Assembly (NCBI GenBank): GCA_964247135.1
Contig: CAXTTL010000002.1
Span: 7,693 to 71,692 of the forward strand
Reading direction: 5' to 3'
DNA from: an uncultured Deinococcales bacterium
GTDB taxonomy: Bacteria > Deinococcota > Deinococci > Deinococcales > JAAFIG01
DNA: 64,000 nt
Shown piece after piece: positions 53,915 to 63,597 of this stretch. Made by a program: the position numbers and the translations under genes. Positions within the stretch are counted from its first letter, which is position 1, and each line of letters begins with the position of its first letter. Below the pieces are notes generated by a model that saw only the letters and a list, made by a program, of their open reading frames with translations, was not told the origin of the DNA and ran no database searches.

Positions 53915-55477
53915 TTATCGCTTTACCGTTGGAACGTACTTGGTTTGCCGCACTCGAGGTTTGTAATTAAACGGCACGGAAAATGGATTGACCCCAGCCG
54001 CCAAGTTACCAATGTTTGCTCGAGGATCATTCGGGTTGACGCCGTAAATTGCGCCCCAAGGGGTGTACACGCTGAAAATACTGTCGCGGCGAATGCTGCC
54101 GTTGTTCATTTTGACCACGCGGTCAATCCGCACGTTCATGCCATTTTCGGCGTGATCGATGCGGCGCATCTGCCCGAGCGGCACACGGTCATCGGCTTGA
54201 ATGCGGCTCGGTCCTGGCGGCAAAACTCGGGTCACATACGACCTCGAGATGCTGGCTTTACGGTCTGGCTTGGGTCCGAAGAAATCCATTTGCAAACGCT
54301 GTGAACGCAAGTACCAGGTGACTTGCAGGTACAGTGCCGCACCCGTGTCGTTTCTGAAACGCAGGTTTTTGTACGGCGAGAACACGGTGGCTTCAAAACC
54401 TGGTGGGTCGTAATAATGCACGTGATACGAGTGGTAGTTGCGTTCGGTGATCGGCAGTCCAGAAAGATATGCCGCACGGAAGAGTGTGGTTGAAACCTGG
54501 CAGATGCCGCCGCCGATGTCCTTGGCGAGCGTGCCGTTGGCAATGATGAAGCCTTTGACAAAACCTTTGGCTTCGGAGACTTGCACGGTCTTGTTGAAAT
54601 TAAACTCGCCACCCGCCGGAATGATGATGCCGTCAAGCTGTTTTGATCCTGCCACAATGTTTTGCACGCGGAACGGCGGCGAACCCCCAAAGCTCGAGTC
54701 GCCACCGCCAAAGTGATAACGAATGCCGGCTTTGTACCAGTTGATCACACCAAAAGCTGGAGGGCTGCGTTTAACAATAATGTTGGCATTGGCTTTGTTG
54801 TACTTGATTGCCTCGAGCACAAAAGCATTTGAAACTTGACGGTCTGCAAGCCAGGCGCTTTGTTGGCTGGCAATCCAGTTGCCCTTATTCAGGTTCCAAC
54901 TGGCGTTGAGGCTGGGGCGCGTCAAACTGCGGTAAATGCCGTTCAAAACGTCTTGCAAGCCACTCGAGATTGCACCAATGCTTCTCGAGCGCGTCACCGA
55001 ACGTTGCGGCAGTGTGAAGGTCAGGGTAATCGGTTGGTCGATCAGGTTGCCCGCCTGAATGCGTTGTTCGGTGGTTTGCAGTGTCAAAATCAGTGGTTTA
55101 GCCAGGGTTGGCTTGACGGCTGGCGCGGTATTGGCGGGTTTGGTCGGTTGGGTGCTTGGTTTGACTGGTGCTGGTTTGACTGGTGCTGGTTTGACTGGTG
55201 CTGGTTTGACGGGGACTGGTTTGACGGGGACTGGTTTGACGGGCACAGGGGTTGGCGTCGGAACGGGTGTCGGTGTTGGCGCAGGTTCAGGCGTCAAATT
55301 GGGCAGGGGTTGACTGGGATCAACTGGCGGCATTGGGTCTGTGACGGGTGTCACAGGCTGAGTTGGGTCACTCGGCTGGGTTGGCGCGGGAGCTGGCGGT
55401 GATTGGGTCGGATCATTCTGCTGTGCCAAAGCCACAGCCAAAACAAAAACCAAGAACAGGGGCAAAAATCGCTTCAC
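53915..55477 (-). CDS. VanW family protein with signal peptide and Pro-rich repeat linker
   Basis: 520 aa. GTG start. Signal peptide MKRFLPLFLVFVLAVALA. (PVKPx)n linker. VanW core GGGICQVSTTLFRAAYLSGLPITERNYHSYHVHYY. Confidence 0.85.
   Translation of the reverse strand: MKRFLPLFLVFVLAVALAQQNDPTQSPPAPAPTQPSDPTQPVTPVTDPMPPVDPSQPLPNLTPEPAPTPTPVPTPTPVPVKPVPVKPVPVKPAPVKPAPVKPAPVKPSTQPTKPANTAPAVKPTLAKPLILTLQTTEQRIQAGNLIDQPITLTFTLPQRSVTRSRSIGAISSGLQDVLNGIYRSLTRPSLNASWNLNKGNWIASQQSAWLADRQVSNAFVLEAIKYNKANANIIVKRSPPAFGVINWYKAGIRYHFGGGDSSFGGSPPFRVQNIVAGSKQLDGIIIPAGGEFNFNKTVQVSEAKGFVKGFIIANGTLAKDIGGGICQVSTTLFRAAYLSGLPITERNYHSYHVHYYDPPGFEATVFSPYKNLRFRNDTGAALYLQVTWYLRSQRLQMDFFGPKPDRKASISRSYVTRVLPPGPSRIQADDRVPLGQMRRIDHAENGMNVRIDRVVKMNNGSIRRDSIFSVYTPWGAIYGVNPNDPRANIGNLAAGVNPFSVPFNYKPRVRQTKYVPTVKR
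55155..55245 (-). repeat. 15-bp x6 in-frame tandem repeat encoding (PVKPV/PVKPA)n
   Basis: CTGGTTTGACTGGTG x3, then CTGGTTTGACGGGGA x2, plus a sixth, more degenerate unit (CTGGTTTGACGGGCA). Confidence 0.85.
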
Positions 55478-55483
55478 GTTATT

Positions 55484-55489
55484 AGTTTA
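55484..55489 (-). promoter_or_regulatory. Putative -10 box (TAAACT) placed for a leaderless VanW-family mRNA
   Basis: The minus strand reads CAGTAAACT-AATAAC-GTG (start at 55477), a 6-nt spacer. Confidence 0.4.
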
Positions 55490-55557
55490 CTGGAGATTTC
55501 AGTTTTTTTCAGTAACTTTGAACCAAAGCGTCAAACACAACCTCAACTCGAGCGGCA

Positions 55558-56556
55558 TCAAACCAGGGCAAAGGGGGCTGCGAGTCCAGATTGCGCCACA
55601 TTTCTTGCCTCGAGCGGCAACCATTGCAGTGCCAATGCCGCTGTGTAGGCTCGAATCGCGTGCTGGCGTTCACCCATCAAATCCCGCACTTGCCCGAGCC
55701 TCGAGAGCACAAACCCTGGCAAATAGGCTGGGCGATCAAATTGACCCATCGCCACCGCCTCGAGCAAATCCCTGGCGCTTTCCAGATCGCCCACCGCCAG
55801 GTACACGCCGCTGGCGGCAAACCGCGCCTCGAGCGCCATCCGTCCGAGCGCCGAATCTGGAGCGCCGTCAAGCTCGAGCAAGGAATGCACTAAAATATCC
55901 AGATCGTCGTTTTCGTGCAGGTTGTACGCCCGATCCACCACGGCGCGGAATCTCGAGGCTTCGCCTGGTTTAAAACCGTCCAGGTTTACGGTCTCGAATC
56001 CCATCTCGAGCAAGTCTGGCAGGTCGTCGAGCGGTGTCAACACGATCTCATCTTGTTGTGCCTCGAGTTTGGCTGCCAATTCTTTCAGCCTGCGTTTGCG
56101 GTGCGCCGTGCCAGGTCCTTCCTCGAGGATTGTCGCACTTTTTCTGTGAAAAGTTTTTACGCTTTCCAGCACGGGCAATTCTGGGACAAGTCCATGAATC
56201 GAAAACGCATCGAGCGGTTTCTCGAGCATGTCTTTTAAATCCAATTCGGCGCGGCGCAATTCTCGCAATCGTTCCAAACCTTGCGGGTACATTTTTAAGA
56301 ACCCGAGCATCTTGTCCTGCTCGAGGTCGCTCCAGGTCCAATCTCTGGCGACGGCTTCTATGGGCATTCGTTCATCGTCGAGCGCAAACAACACGGGGTG
56401 CTCGAGATCGCGCCATGTTCCAGATTGCCAAACTTGCGGCGTGATGCTGGGCACAATCACCTTTTTTGCGCCGACTTGCCGCAAAATCTCGAGGACGGTT
56501 TGGGCGTTGTAGGTGGGGTAACGGGCGTGCAATGCGCCCAGGTCGGCAATCAACAC
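55558..56556 (-). CDS. Conserved-looking hypothetical protein (332 aa) with C-terminal TPR-like helices
   Basis: A clean ORF with normal composition. MLIADLGALHARYPTYNAQTVLEILRQVGAKKVIVP.. at the N-terminus. No motif I can assign. Confidence 0.65.
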   Translation of the reverse strand: MLIADLGALHARYPTYNAQTVLEILRQVGAKKVIVPSITPQVWQSGTWRDLEHPVLFALDDERMPIEAVARDWTWSDLEQDKMLGFLKMYPQGLERLRELRRAELDLKDMLEKPLDAFSIHGLVPELPVLESVKTFHRKSATILEEGPGTAHRKRRLKELAAKLEAQQDEIVLTPLDDLPDLLEMGFETVNLDGFKPGEASRFRAVVDRAYNLHENDDLDILVHSLLELDGAPDSALGRMALEARFAASGVYLAVGDLESARDLLEAVAMGQFDRPAYLPGFVLSRLGQVRDLMGERQHAIRAYTAALALQWLPLEARNVAQSGLAAPFALV

Positions 56557-56629
56557 AGGGCACTTAGTATATCCAATCTCGGGTAGAATCTTGTCTCTCG
56601 AGGGACGCTCGGGGTTTTAGAGGTGATGA

Positions 56630-57226
56630 ATGATTTTGCCGATTCGTTTGTATGGTGATCCTGTTTTAAGAACCAAAGCCAGAACCGTGACCAATTTTAG
56701 TGGTATGCCCGCCTTGCGCGAAGACATGTTTGAAACCATGTACAACGCCAAAGGCGTGGGTTTGGCGGGACCGCAGGTGGGTTTGGGCAGTCGCGTGTTT
56801 ACCTGGGTCGATTACGCCGACGAAGAACCAGAAACCGATACCGAACCGCGATCAAAAGTGTTGAACGAGTATTTTATGGTGAACCCGACCCTCGAGTTTC
56901 TGGACAAAACGCTGGTCGAGGGACTCGAGGGTTGCTTGTCGATTCCCGAAATTTACGAGGACGGCGTGCCCCGCAAACGGGCGCTCAGGGTCAACTATCA
57001 AAACGAACACGGGATTCATCAGTCGCTCGAGGTTGAGGATTACAACGCCCGAATCGTTCAGCACGAGTTTGACCATTTGGAAGCCAAATTGTTTTTGGAT
57101 TATTTGCCCTCTGAGGTCGTGGCAACCCACCGCGCCGATTTGGTGCGGATGCAGCGCGAAGCCAAAGAATTTTTGAAAAACTTACGCGAACAAGAGAATG
57201 CCGCCAAAAAACCGAGGCGCACGTGA
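56630..57226 (+). CDS. def: Peptide deformylase
   Basis: GVGLAGPQVG, EGCLSIP and QHEFDHL motifs. GAGGTGAT SD. Confidence 0.95.
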   Translation: MILPIRLYGDPVLRTKARTVTNFSGMPALREDMFETMYNAKGVGLAGPQVGLGSRVFTWVDYADEEPETDTEPRSKVLNEYFMVNPTLEFLDKTLVEGLEGCLSIPEIYEDGVPRKRALRVNYQNEHGIHQSLEVEDYNARIVQHEFDHLEAKLFLDYLPSEVVATHRADLVRMQREAKEFLKNLREQENAAKKPRRT

Positions 57227-58155
57227 AACCCCGCGTGGCATTTTTCGGTTCGCCCGAGTTCGCGCTGCCCGTGCTGGCGGCGATCCTCGAGCATTTTGAG
57301 GTGGTCTTGGTCGTGACCCAACCCGATAAACCCTCTGGGCGCGGCATGAAGTTAACCCCGCCCGCCGTGGCAGCCAGAGCGACTGAGCTGGGTTTAACAC
57401 TCTCTCAACCCGCCAAATTAAAAAACAACCTCGAGTTTGCCCAAACCTTGCGCGACTCTGGCGCGGAGGTCGCCGTGACTTGCGCTTACGGCAAAATCCT
57501 GCCCGCCAGCCTGCTCGAGATTCCCAAGTACGGCTTTTTGAACGTCCACACGTCATTGCTGCCCAAATACCGTGGCGCTGCGCCGATTCAGTGGGCGGTC
57601 ATCAATGGTGAAACCGAAACCGGCGTGACCGTGATGCAAACCGACCCTGGCATGGACACCGGCGCAATCTTGCTGCAAGAAAGCCTTGCCATTTCGCCCA
57701 CCGAAACCGTGCTCGAACTCGCACCAAGACTCTCGAGCTTGGGCGCGACCATGATCGTGAATGCCTTGGGGCATCTGGATTCGCTGACGCCCATCCCTCA
57801 AAATAACAGCCTTGCCACGCACGCCAGAATGCTCGAGAAAGAGGACGCCCGCATCGATTGGACGCTGGACGCCAAAACCATTTTTGACCGCTACCGTGGG
57901 CTGGCAGGCTGGCCAGGATCGTACTTTGTCTTTCAAGAAAAACGCGTCAAAGTCCTGGAAATGCAACTTGGGCAACACCCAGGTCAAATGGGGCGGGTGC
58001 TCGGGTTTGGGGATGGTGTGATTGTTGCCGCCAAAACAGCTTCGCTCGAGCTTTTAACGGTGCAGCCCGAGGGCAAACCCAAAATGAAGGCGCTCGATTG
58101 GGCGAGGGGTTATCAGTTCAAACCAGGAACGCAACTCGAGATAAACGCGTCCTGA
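57223..58155 (+). CDS. fmt: Methionyl-tRNA formyltransferase
   Basis: GTG start overlapping the def stop (GTGA). VAFFGSPEFALPVL, NVHTSLLPKYRGAAPIQWAVING. Confidence 0.95.
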   Translation: MKPRVAFFGSPEFALPVLAAILEHFEVVLVVTQPDKPSGRGMKLTPPAVAARATELGLTLSQPAKLKNNLEFAQTLRDSGAEVAVTCAYGKILPASLLEIPKYGFLNVHTSLLPKYRGAAPIQWAVINGETETGVTVMQTDPGMDTGAILLQESLAISPTETVLELAPRLSSLGATMIVNALGHLDSLTPIPQNNSLATHARMLEKEDARIDWTLDAKTIFDRYRGLAGWPGSYFVFQEKRVKVLEMQLGQHPGQMGRVLGFGDGVIVAAKTASLELLTVQPEGKPKMKALDWARGYQFKPGTQLEINAS

Positions 58156-58219
58156 ACCGAAATGATTGCCAGTCTGAGCATCAGAATGTCTAACCCGCAC
58201 CGATAAATTGGCGTTTGCT

Positions 58220-58228
58220 TGTTAGAAT
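58220..58228 (+). promoter_or_regulatory. Putative extended -10 box (TGTTAGAAT) placed for a leaderless mRNA
   Basis: TGnTAGAAT is followed by a 7-nt spacer (ATGCACA) and the ATG at 58236. Confidence 0.45.
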
Positions 58229-58235
58229 ATGCACA

Positions 58236-61200
58236 ATGAGCAGTAAAATCTCGACTGACCCCAAAATCAGAGCCGCCAAAGGTTCTGTGCTCAGTCGTAC
58301 CAAAGAAAATCCTGAACATTATGCCAGGCAACTCGAGGGCTTGCATCAAATTGGACTCGAGATTCTGGAACGCGCACAACCGGACCAGATCATTGAACGG
58401 GCGCTCGAGTTGATTGTGTCCTTGGTCGATTCTGACGGTGGGGCGTTTTGGATGCGTAAATCGGACCAGAATGAAGCTTGGAACGAATTCGTTTTTGCGA
58501 CGGGTAAAACCTATTTAAAGCCCGGAACACGTTTTGGAATCGGTCAGGGCGTTGTCGGTGAGGTCTTTGAAACTGGCGAAGCCATTTTAATCGATGACTT
58601 TTTGGCGCCACAATACGAGGGATATCCGTTTCGACCCGTTCGGTCGCTGATGTTTGTGCCACTAAAACGTGAACATGTTGTGACTGGCGTGTTCTTGATT
58701 GCGAATTCGGATAAAATTGCTGCATTCGATCCACAAGATTTGCAATTGTTATTGCGTTTTGCCACGCTGGTATCAATTGCCCTTGAAAATGCCAGGTTAC
58801 TCGAACAAGCCAAGGCATCAACCACAACGGCGCTATCAAAAGCCAAGCAACTCGAGGCATTGCATTCGTTATCGCTCGAAATTGCGTCTGAAAACGATCC
58901 AATTTTGGTGATTGATCGCGCCCTGAAACTCTCAATCGCCTTGGTTGGAGCCGACGATGGCGGCTATTGGCGTTTTCAAAATCCTGAACGACAAGAACCT
59001 TATGTTGAAGCCATTCTTGCCAGCCAAAGGCTCAAGCACTTTGTTGGAACCAAGATCGATTACCAGAAACCAAGCTTGACAGGGCTTGTCTTAAAAACAG
59101 GTCGAGCGGTGCTGATCGAAGATTACCAGCATTCAGAGTACCGTAATCCTATTTTTGACAACAATTGTCAGTCATTGATTGCGGTTCCTTTATGGCACAA
59201 AGATAAAATTGATGGTATTTTCACATTGATCAACAGCGAAAAAATCAATCTTTTTAACGCCCAACATGTCGAAATTCTCGAGCGAATGGCAGCCTTGTGC
59301 TCGGTCGCGCTCGAGAACGCCAGGGTTTACGAAAACCTCCAGAAAACCCAACAGGCAGCCCAGCAACAAAACATACTGCTCGAAGCCCTTCACAAGGCAA
59401 ACCTCGAGTTGAGCATGTCGCTCGAGCCAAACACCCTGCTCGATTCGGTGCTTGACCGTGCCATGTTGTTGTTGCAAGCCGACGTTGGACGGGTGCATCT
59501 GGTCAAACCAAACACGAGCATTTTAAGGCTCGAGGCGGCAAAAGGTTTGGGTTTAAACGTCAACCTGATCCCTTTTGGTCATGGACTGGCAGGGCAAATT
59601 GCCGAGCGCAATCAAGGTTTGATTGTTACAGATTACGAAACTTGGGAGCACAGCCTTCCAGGTGCGGGCAGCGAGTGGCTGAGCGCCATCGGTGTGCCAC
59701 TCAGGCGTGCCGAACAGGTGATCGGTACGCTGGTCATTGCCGATACCTTGGTGACAAACCGTTTTACCATCACCGACCTTGAAGTGCTCGAACGCTTTGC
59801 CGCCCTGACCGTGGTTGCCCTCGAGAATGCGCGTTTGTTTGACGCCGCCAACACCGCGCAGTTCGAAGAGCAACTGGCACGCCAGGAGGCATACCGCCGT
59901 GCCCAACAACTCGAGGCGGTTTATCAGACCAGTTTGGAACTGACCGGACACCTCGAGCCTGATGCCGTTCTGAACGTGCTGGTCGAACGGGTGGCGACCT
60001 TGTTTTTGGCTGATACCGGCGCGGTTTATTTTCGGGTTCCAGAAACGGACAATATTGAACTGAGAGCTAATTTTGGCACCAGTCCAACGCCTCGAGGCAC
60101 AATCCATAACGGCTTGTCGGGCAGTGTCGTGCGTTTGGGCGTCCCTCAGGCGGTCGGCGATTACCGCATTTGGGAAGGACGCGATTTTAAGATCGACACG
60201 CCGCTTTTGTGGCGTTCAGCCATGAGTGCGCCGATCACCCGAGGCACGCAGGTGATCGGCGCGTTGAGCATCGCGGACACGCGATTCCCCGACCGATTTT
60301 CGGACAAGGAACTCGAAGTGCTCGAACGTTTCGCGGCGTTTGCCAGCGTGACCCTCGAGAATGCCAGGCTGCATGAAATCGAGCGTCTGAATTTAAAAGA
60401 GGAACGCCTGCGAAGCCAGATTGCCCTGCGCCTTTCGCCGCTGCGTTCGATTCCCGAACTGTGCGATGCCGTGATCGAAGAGCTTTACAACACGCTTGGT
60501 TACGGGCGCATTTCGTTATTTTTACTCAAAGATCAAAGTTTACATTTGCAAGCCAAACGCGGTTTTGAAACCGCGATTCAAAGCTTTTCGCTTCATCAAG
60601 GCATCATCGGTCGTGTGGTACGAACCCGCGAACCGCAAATGATTTTAAGTCCTCTGCTCGACCCAGATTATTACGGCGATGATCCAGACCCCAGCGCGTT
60701 TATTTGTCTGCCGATTCACAGCGGAAACCGTGACTTGGGCGCGCTCAATTTTGGACTGAAAAAGGGACAAACGCCGCTGCCAACAGACCTCGAGTTGCTC
60801 AAAAGCCTGCTGCCCACCATCAGTGCCGCCCTCGAGAATGCGGTGTTGCACAGTGAGCTTGAAGCCCGAGCCAGCGAACTCGAGATGTTGCGTGCCAAAG
60901 CCGAACAAGCCGCCAGTCACGACCTGCTGACGGGTTTAGCCAACCGTCGCGCCTTGGAACGCGAACTGGCTGCGGCGCGAATCGATGGATCAATTTTTAC
61001 CCTGGCAGCCCTCGATTTGACGGGTTTCAAAAACGTCAACGATCAACTCGGTCACGATGCTGGCGACGATGCCTTAAAACGCATTGCCAGCGTCTTGAAG
61101 TCCACCCTCGAGTCATTTCAAGCCAAGTTGGGTATGAAGGGCGCGTTTCGCGTCGGCGGTGACGAATTTTTCATGTTGATCCCTGAGCCTTTGCCTGCCG

Positions 61201-61448
61201 CGCTCGAGATTTGTCGTAAGGTTTTAAAAGAAATCACCTCGCTCGAGTTTCCCAAAAACCTGCGGGTTTCGACCAACATCGGACTTGCCGAATACCCCAC
61301 CGAAGCCCAAAACATTGACGCCCTGTTTACCCTGGCGGACACCCGCATGTACGCCGCCAAACGCGTCGGGAAACCATTTCTGGAAGGTGGCGAGCTGGCA
61401 CAGTCCCCAAAACCCAAACGCCGTCAAACAGACCGTAAATCGCGTTAA
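58236..61448 (+). CDS. Diguanylate cyclase: five tandem GAF domains + GGDEF
   Basis: Five GAF units, each ending in the motif (A/T)LENA(R/V)(L/V). C-terminal LTGLANRRA...RVGGDEFFML. The start at 58236 is preferred over the TTG at 58215. Confidence 0.88.
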   Translation: MSSKISTDPKIRAAKGSVLSRTKENPEHYARQLEGLHQIGLEILERAQPDQIIERALELIVSLVDSDGGAFWMRKSDQNEAWNEFVFATGKTYLKPGTRFGIGQGVVGEVFETGEAILIDDFLAPQYEGYPFRPVRSLMFVPLKREHVVTGVFLIANSDKIAAFDPQDLQLLLRFATLVSIALENARLLEQAKASTTTALSKAKQLEALHSLSLEIASENDPILVIDRALKLSIALVGADDGGYWRFQNPERQEPYVEAILASQRLKHFVGTKIDYQKPSLTGLVLKTGRAVLIEDYQHSEYRNPIFDNNCQSLIAVPLWHKDKIDGIFTLINSEKINLFNAQHVEILERMAALCSVALENARVYENLQKTQQAAQQQNILLEALHKANLELSMSLEPNTLLDSVLDRAMLLLQADVGRVHLVKPNTSILRLEAAKGLGLNVNLIPFGHGLAGQIAERNQGLIVTDYETWEHSLPGAGSEWLSAIGVPLRRAEQVIGTLVIADTLVTNRFTITDLEVLERFAALTVVALENARLFDAANTAQFEEQLARQEAYRRAQQLEAVYQTSLELTGHLEPDAVLNVLVERVATLFLADTGAVYFRVPETDNIELRANFGTSPTPRGTIHNGLSGSVVRLGVPQAVGDYRIWEGRDFKIDTPLLWRSAMSAPITRGTQVIGALSIADTRFPDRFSDKELEVLERFAAFASVTLENARLHEIERLNLKEERLRSQIALRLSPLRSIPELCDAVIEELYNTLGYGRISLFLLKDQSLHLQAKRGFETAIQSFSLHQGIIGRVVRTREPQMILSPLLDPDYYGDDPDPSAFICLPIHSGNRDLGALNFGLKKGQTPLPTDLELLKSLLPTISAALENAVLHSELEARASELEMLRAKAEQAASHDLLTGLANRRALERELAAARIDGSIFTLAALDLTGFKNVNDQLGHDAGDDALKRIASVLKSTLESFQAKLGMKGAFRVGGDEFFMLIPEPLPAALEICRKVLKEITSLEFPKNLRVSTNIGLAEYPTEAQNIDALFTLADTRMYAAKRVGKPFLEGGELAQSPKPKRRQTDRKSR

Positions 61449-61456
61449 ACTGATTC

Positions 61457-62632
61457 ATGAACCCTCAAACCCTTGCCGCTCGAGCCGGAATTGACACCAA
61501 ACTCGGCGTGGCAAAGCCGCTCAACCTGGCAATTCATCAAAGCACCGTCTACAGCTATGACAACCTCGAGCAACTCGAGACGGTCTTGTCTGGTCAGGAA
61601 ACAGGTTATTTTTACTACCGCAACGGACACCCCAATGCCATCGCCCTCGAGCAGGTTTTGGCGCAGCTCGAGACTGGTGAAGCCTGTGCGGTGGCGTCCT
61701 CGGGCATGTCTGCCATCAGTGGCGCGTTCCTGGCAATCTTAAAGGCGGGCGATCACGTTGTTGCCGACCAAAATGCTTACGGCGGCACGTTTGCGCTCTT
61801 GACCGACGACCTGCCGCGTTTGGGGATTACGGCAACGTTCGTGGACATGCAAGATTTAAGTGCCGTCGAAAAGGCGCTGCAAGCCAACACCAAAATCTTG
61901 CACCTCGAGACACTCTCAAACCCCACCATGCGCGTGACCGACATTCCAGCGCTGGTCACCATCGCGCAAAGCCAAGGGATCAAAGTTTGCGTGGACAGCA
62001 CCTTCAGCACGCCCGCGCTCATTCGTCCGCTCGAGTTTGGGGCTGATTTGGTATTTCACAGCCTCGCCAAGTATTTGGACGGTCACAGTAGCGTGATGGG
62101 CGGCGCGGTGATTGGTTCCAAAGAACTGATTGATGCCACCCGAGTACGCCTGATTCACCTCGGCGGCACGATGGCGGCGTTTGACGCCTGGAACGCCCTG
62201 AACGGCATCAAAACCCTGAGCTTGCGCATGAAAGCCCACAGTCAGAACGCGCTCGAGGTGGCACGATTTTTAAACCGGCACGAAAAAGTGGCTCGTGTTG
62301 ATTTCCCAGGACTCGAGCAACACCCGCAGTTTGAACTGGCGAAACGCTTGTACCCGAACGGCTTGGGCGGAATGCTGAGTTTTGAACTCCACGGTGGTTA
62401 CGCCGCCGCCAGCCGGTTCGTCAAAACCATCAGCCCCCGCATTCCACTCGCCACCAGCCTTGCCGATGTCTCGAGCACCCTGTCTTACCCTTACGGCACA
62501 AGCCACCGCGCCTTAACCCCCGAGGCTCGAGCCAGAATCAACGTGACTGACGGCTTGTTGCGCCTGTCGGTGGGCATTGAAGCCATAGAAGACATCTTAA
62601 GCGACCTCGAGTTTGGATTGAACGGGGTTTAG
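61457..62632 (+). CDS. Cys/Met-metabolism PLP-dependent enzyme (cystathionine gamma-synthase / methionine gamma-lyase family)
   Basis: 391 aa. PLP-lysine motif FHSLAKYLDGHSSVMGG. YYYRNGHPN, DSTFSTP and the C-terminal LLRLSVGIE. Confidence 0.85.
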   Translation: MNPQTLAARAGIDTKLGVAKPLNLAIHQSTVYSYDNLEQLETVLSGQETGYFYYRNGHPNAIALEQVLAQLETGEACAVASSGMSAISGAFLAILKAGDHVVADQNAYGGTFALLTDDLPRLGITATFVDMQDLSAVEKALQANTKILHLETLSNPTMRVTDIPALVTIAQSQGIKVCVDSTFSTPALIRPLEFGADLVFHSLAKYLDGHSSVMGGAVIGSKELIDATRVRLIHLGGTMAAFDAWNALNGIKTLSLRMKAHSQNALEVARFLNRHEKVARVDFPGLEQHPQFELAKRLYPNGLGGMLSFELHGGYAAASRFVKTISPRIPLATSLADVSSTLSYPYGTSHRALTPEARARINVTDGLLRLSVGIEAIEDILSDLEFGLNGV

Positions 62633-62757
62633 GACCTGAACCCGCCGCCGGAAAAACCCTCGTTTCGACGAAACCCTCGTTTGGCACGCGGGGGTTTGCA
62701 TTAAGTCGAGCTTAATACCCCAAGTCCTAAACTGCCTTCATCACAGGAGGCACGACC

Positions 62758-63402
62758 ATGAACTTAAAAAGCCTGACCGAAAACAAAACCCTCGTTCGCA
62801 ACCTCTTTATCGCTGGGCTGGCAGTTCTGGGATTGGCGCAATACGCCGTCCAGCAGAACCAGCAAGTCTCGAGCCGCCAGAATTCCAAACCCCAGACTTG
62901 CTGCGCCAACGCCAACTGGGCTGGAAGGAATCAAATGCAGCCAACCCAGGACTACGGAATGCAGAACAACCAACAAGATGACGGAATGAACAACAATCAG
63001 CAGGATTTTGAAACGCAGAACAACCAATTCGTCAACCCTGACACCTCGAGCGCAGCCTCGATGCCGATGGGCAATACAGACTCGAGCTTTGGCATGAACA
63101 ACCAAGACTCGAGCGGCGAAATCGCGCAACCCTACAACCAACTGAACGACCCCGATTACATCAAAAGCCGCGAAAACATCCAACAACAACAATGCGACTT
63201 GCTGGGCGACACCAGCACCTTCGTTGACTCGAGCAGCGGTCAGCAATACCAAGTCGATCAGAGCGCCAGCAACGCCTGGGCGGACAACAGCGGCAATGTG
63301 GTCAGCTCGGACAGCTCGGCGAGCAATCCTGGATCAAGTTACACCGAACTGCAACCCTTACAGACCGACACGGGCACCAGTACCGACTCGAGCGGTCAGT
63401 AA
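62758..63402 (+). CDS. Secreted/membrane-anchored low-complexity Q/N/S/D-rich protein
   Basis: GGAGG SD. N-terminal hydrophobic helix LFIAGLAVLGLAQYAV. The remainder is about 60% Q, N, S, D, T and G (MQNNQQDDGMNNNQQDFETQNNQF...). Confidence 0.55.
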   Translation: MNLKSLTENKTLVRNLFIAGLAVLGLAQYAVQQNQQVSSRQNSKPQTCCANANWAGRNQMQPTQDYGMQNNQQDDGMNNNQQDFETQNNQFVNPDTSSAASMPMGNTDSSFGMNNQDSSGEIAQPYNQLNDPDYIKSRENIQQQQCDLLGDTSTFVDSSSGQQYQVDQSASNAWADNSGNVVSSDSSASNPGSSYTELQPLQTDTGTSTDSSGQ

Positions 63403-63597
63403 ACTCGAGCTTTCCTTCCCTACACAAAAAACAACAATTACACGGTCTACCCTCATCCCCGACCCTGCCCGTCAAGGTGCGTTTTAGGGTCAAGAAGCGC
63501 CGGATGAGGTGGCAAACGCGGCTGCCCAGACAAAAGCATGTGTTTGAAGACTTGAATGATGAAGTCAAAGTCAATGATAGATATGCACCCTTGGGTT

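Noticed and set aside
62654-62682. Direct repeat AAACCCTCGTTT x2 (62654-65 and 62671-82) downstream of the PLP-enzyme gene
   Set aside because: A single short duplication with a weak 5-bp embedded hairpin and no T-run. There is no other copy in the window, so it is likely incidental.
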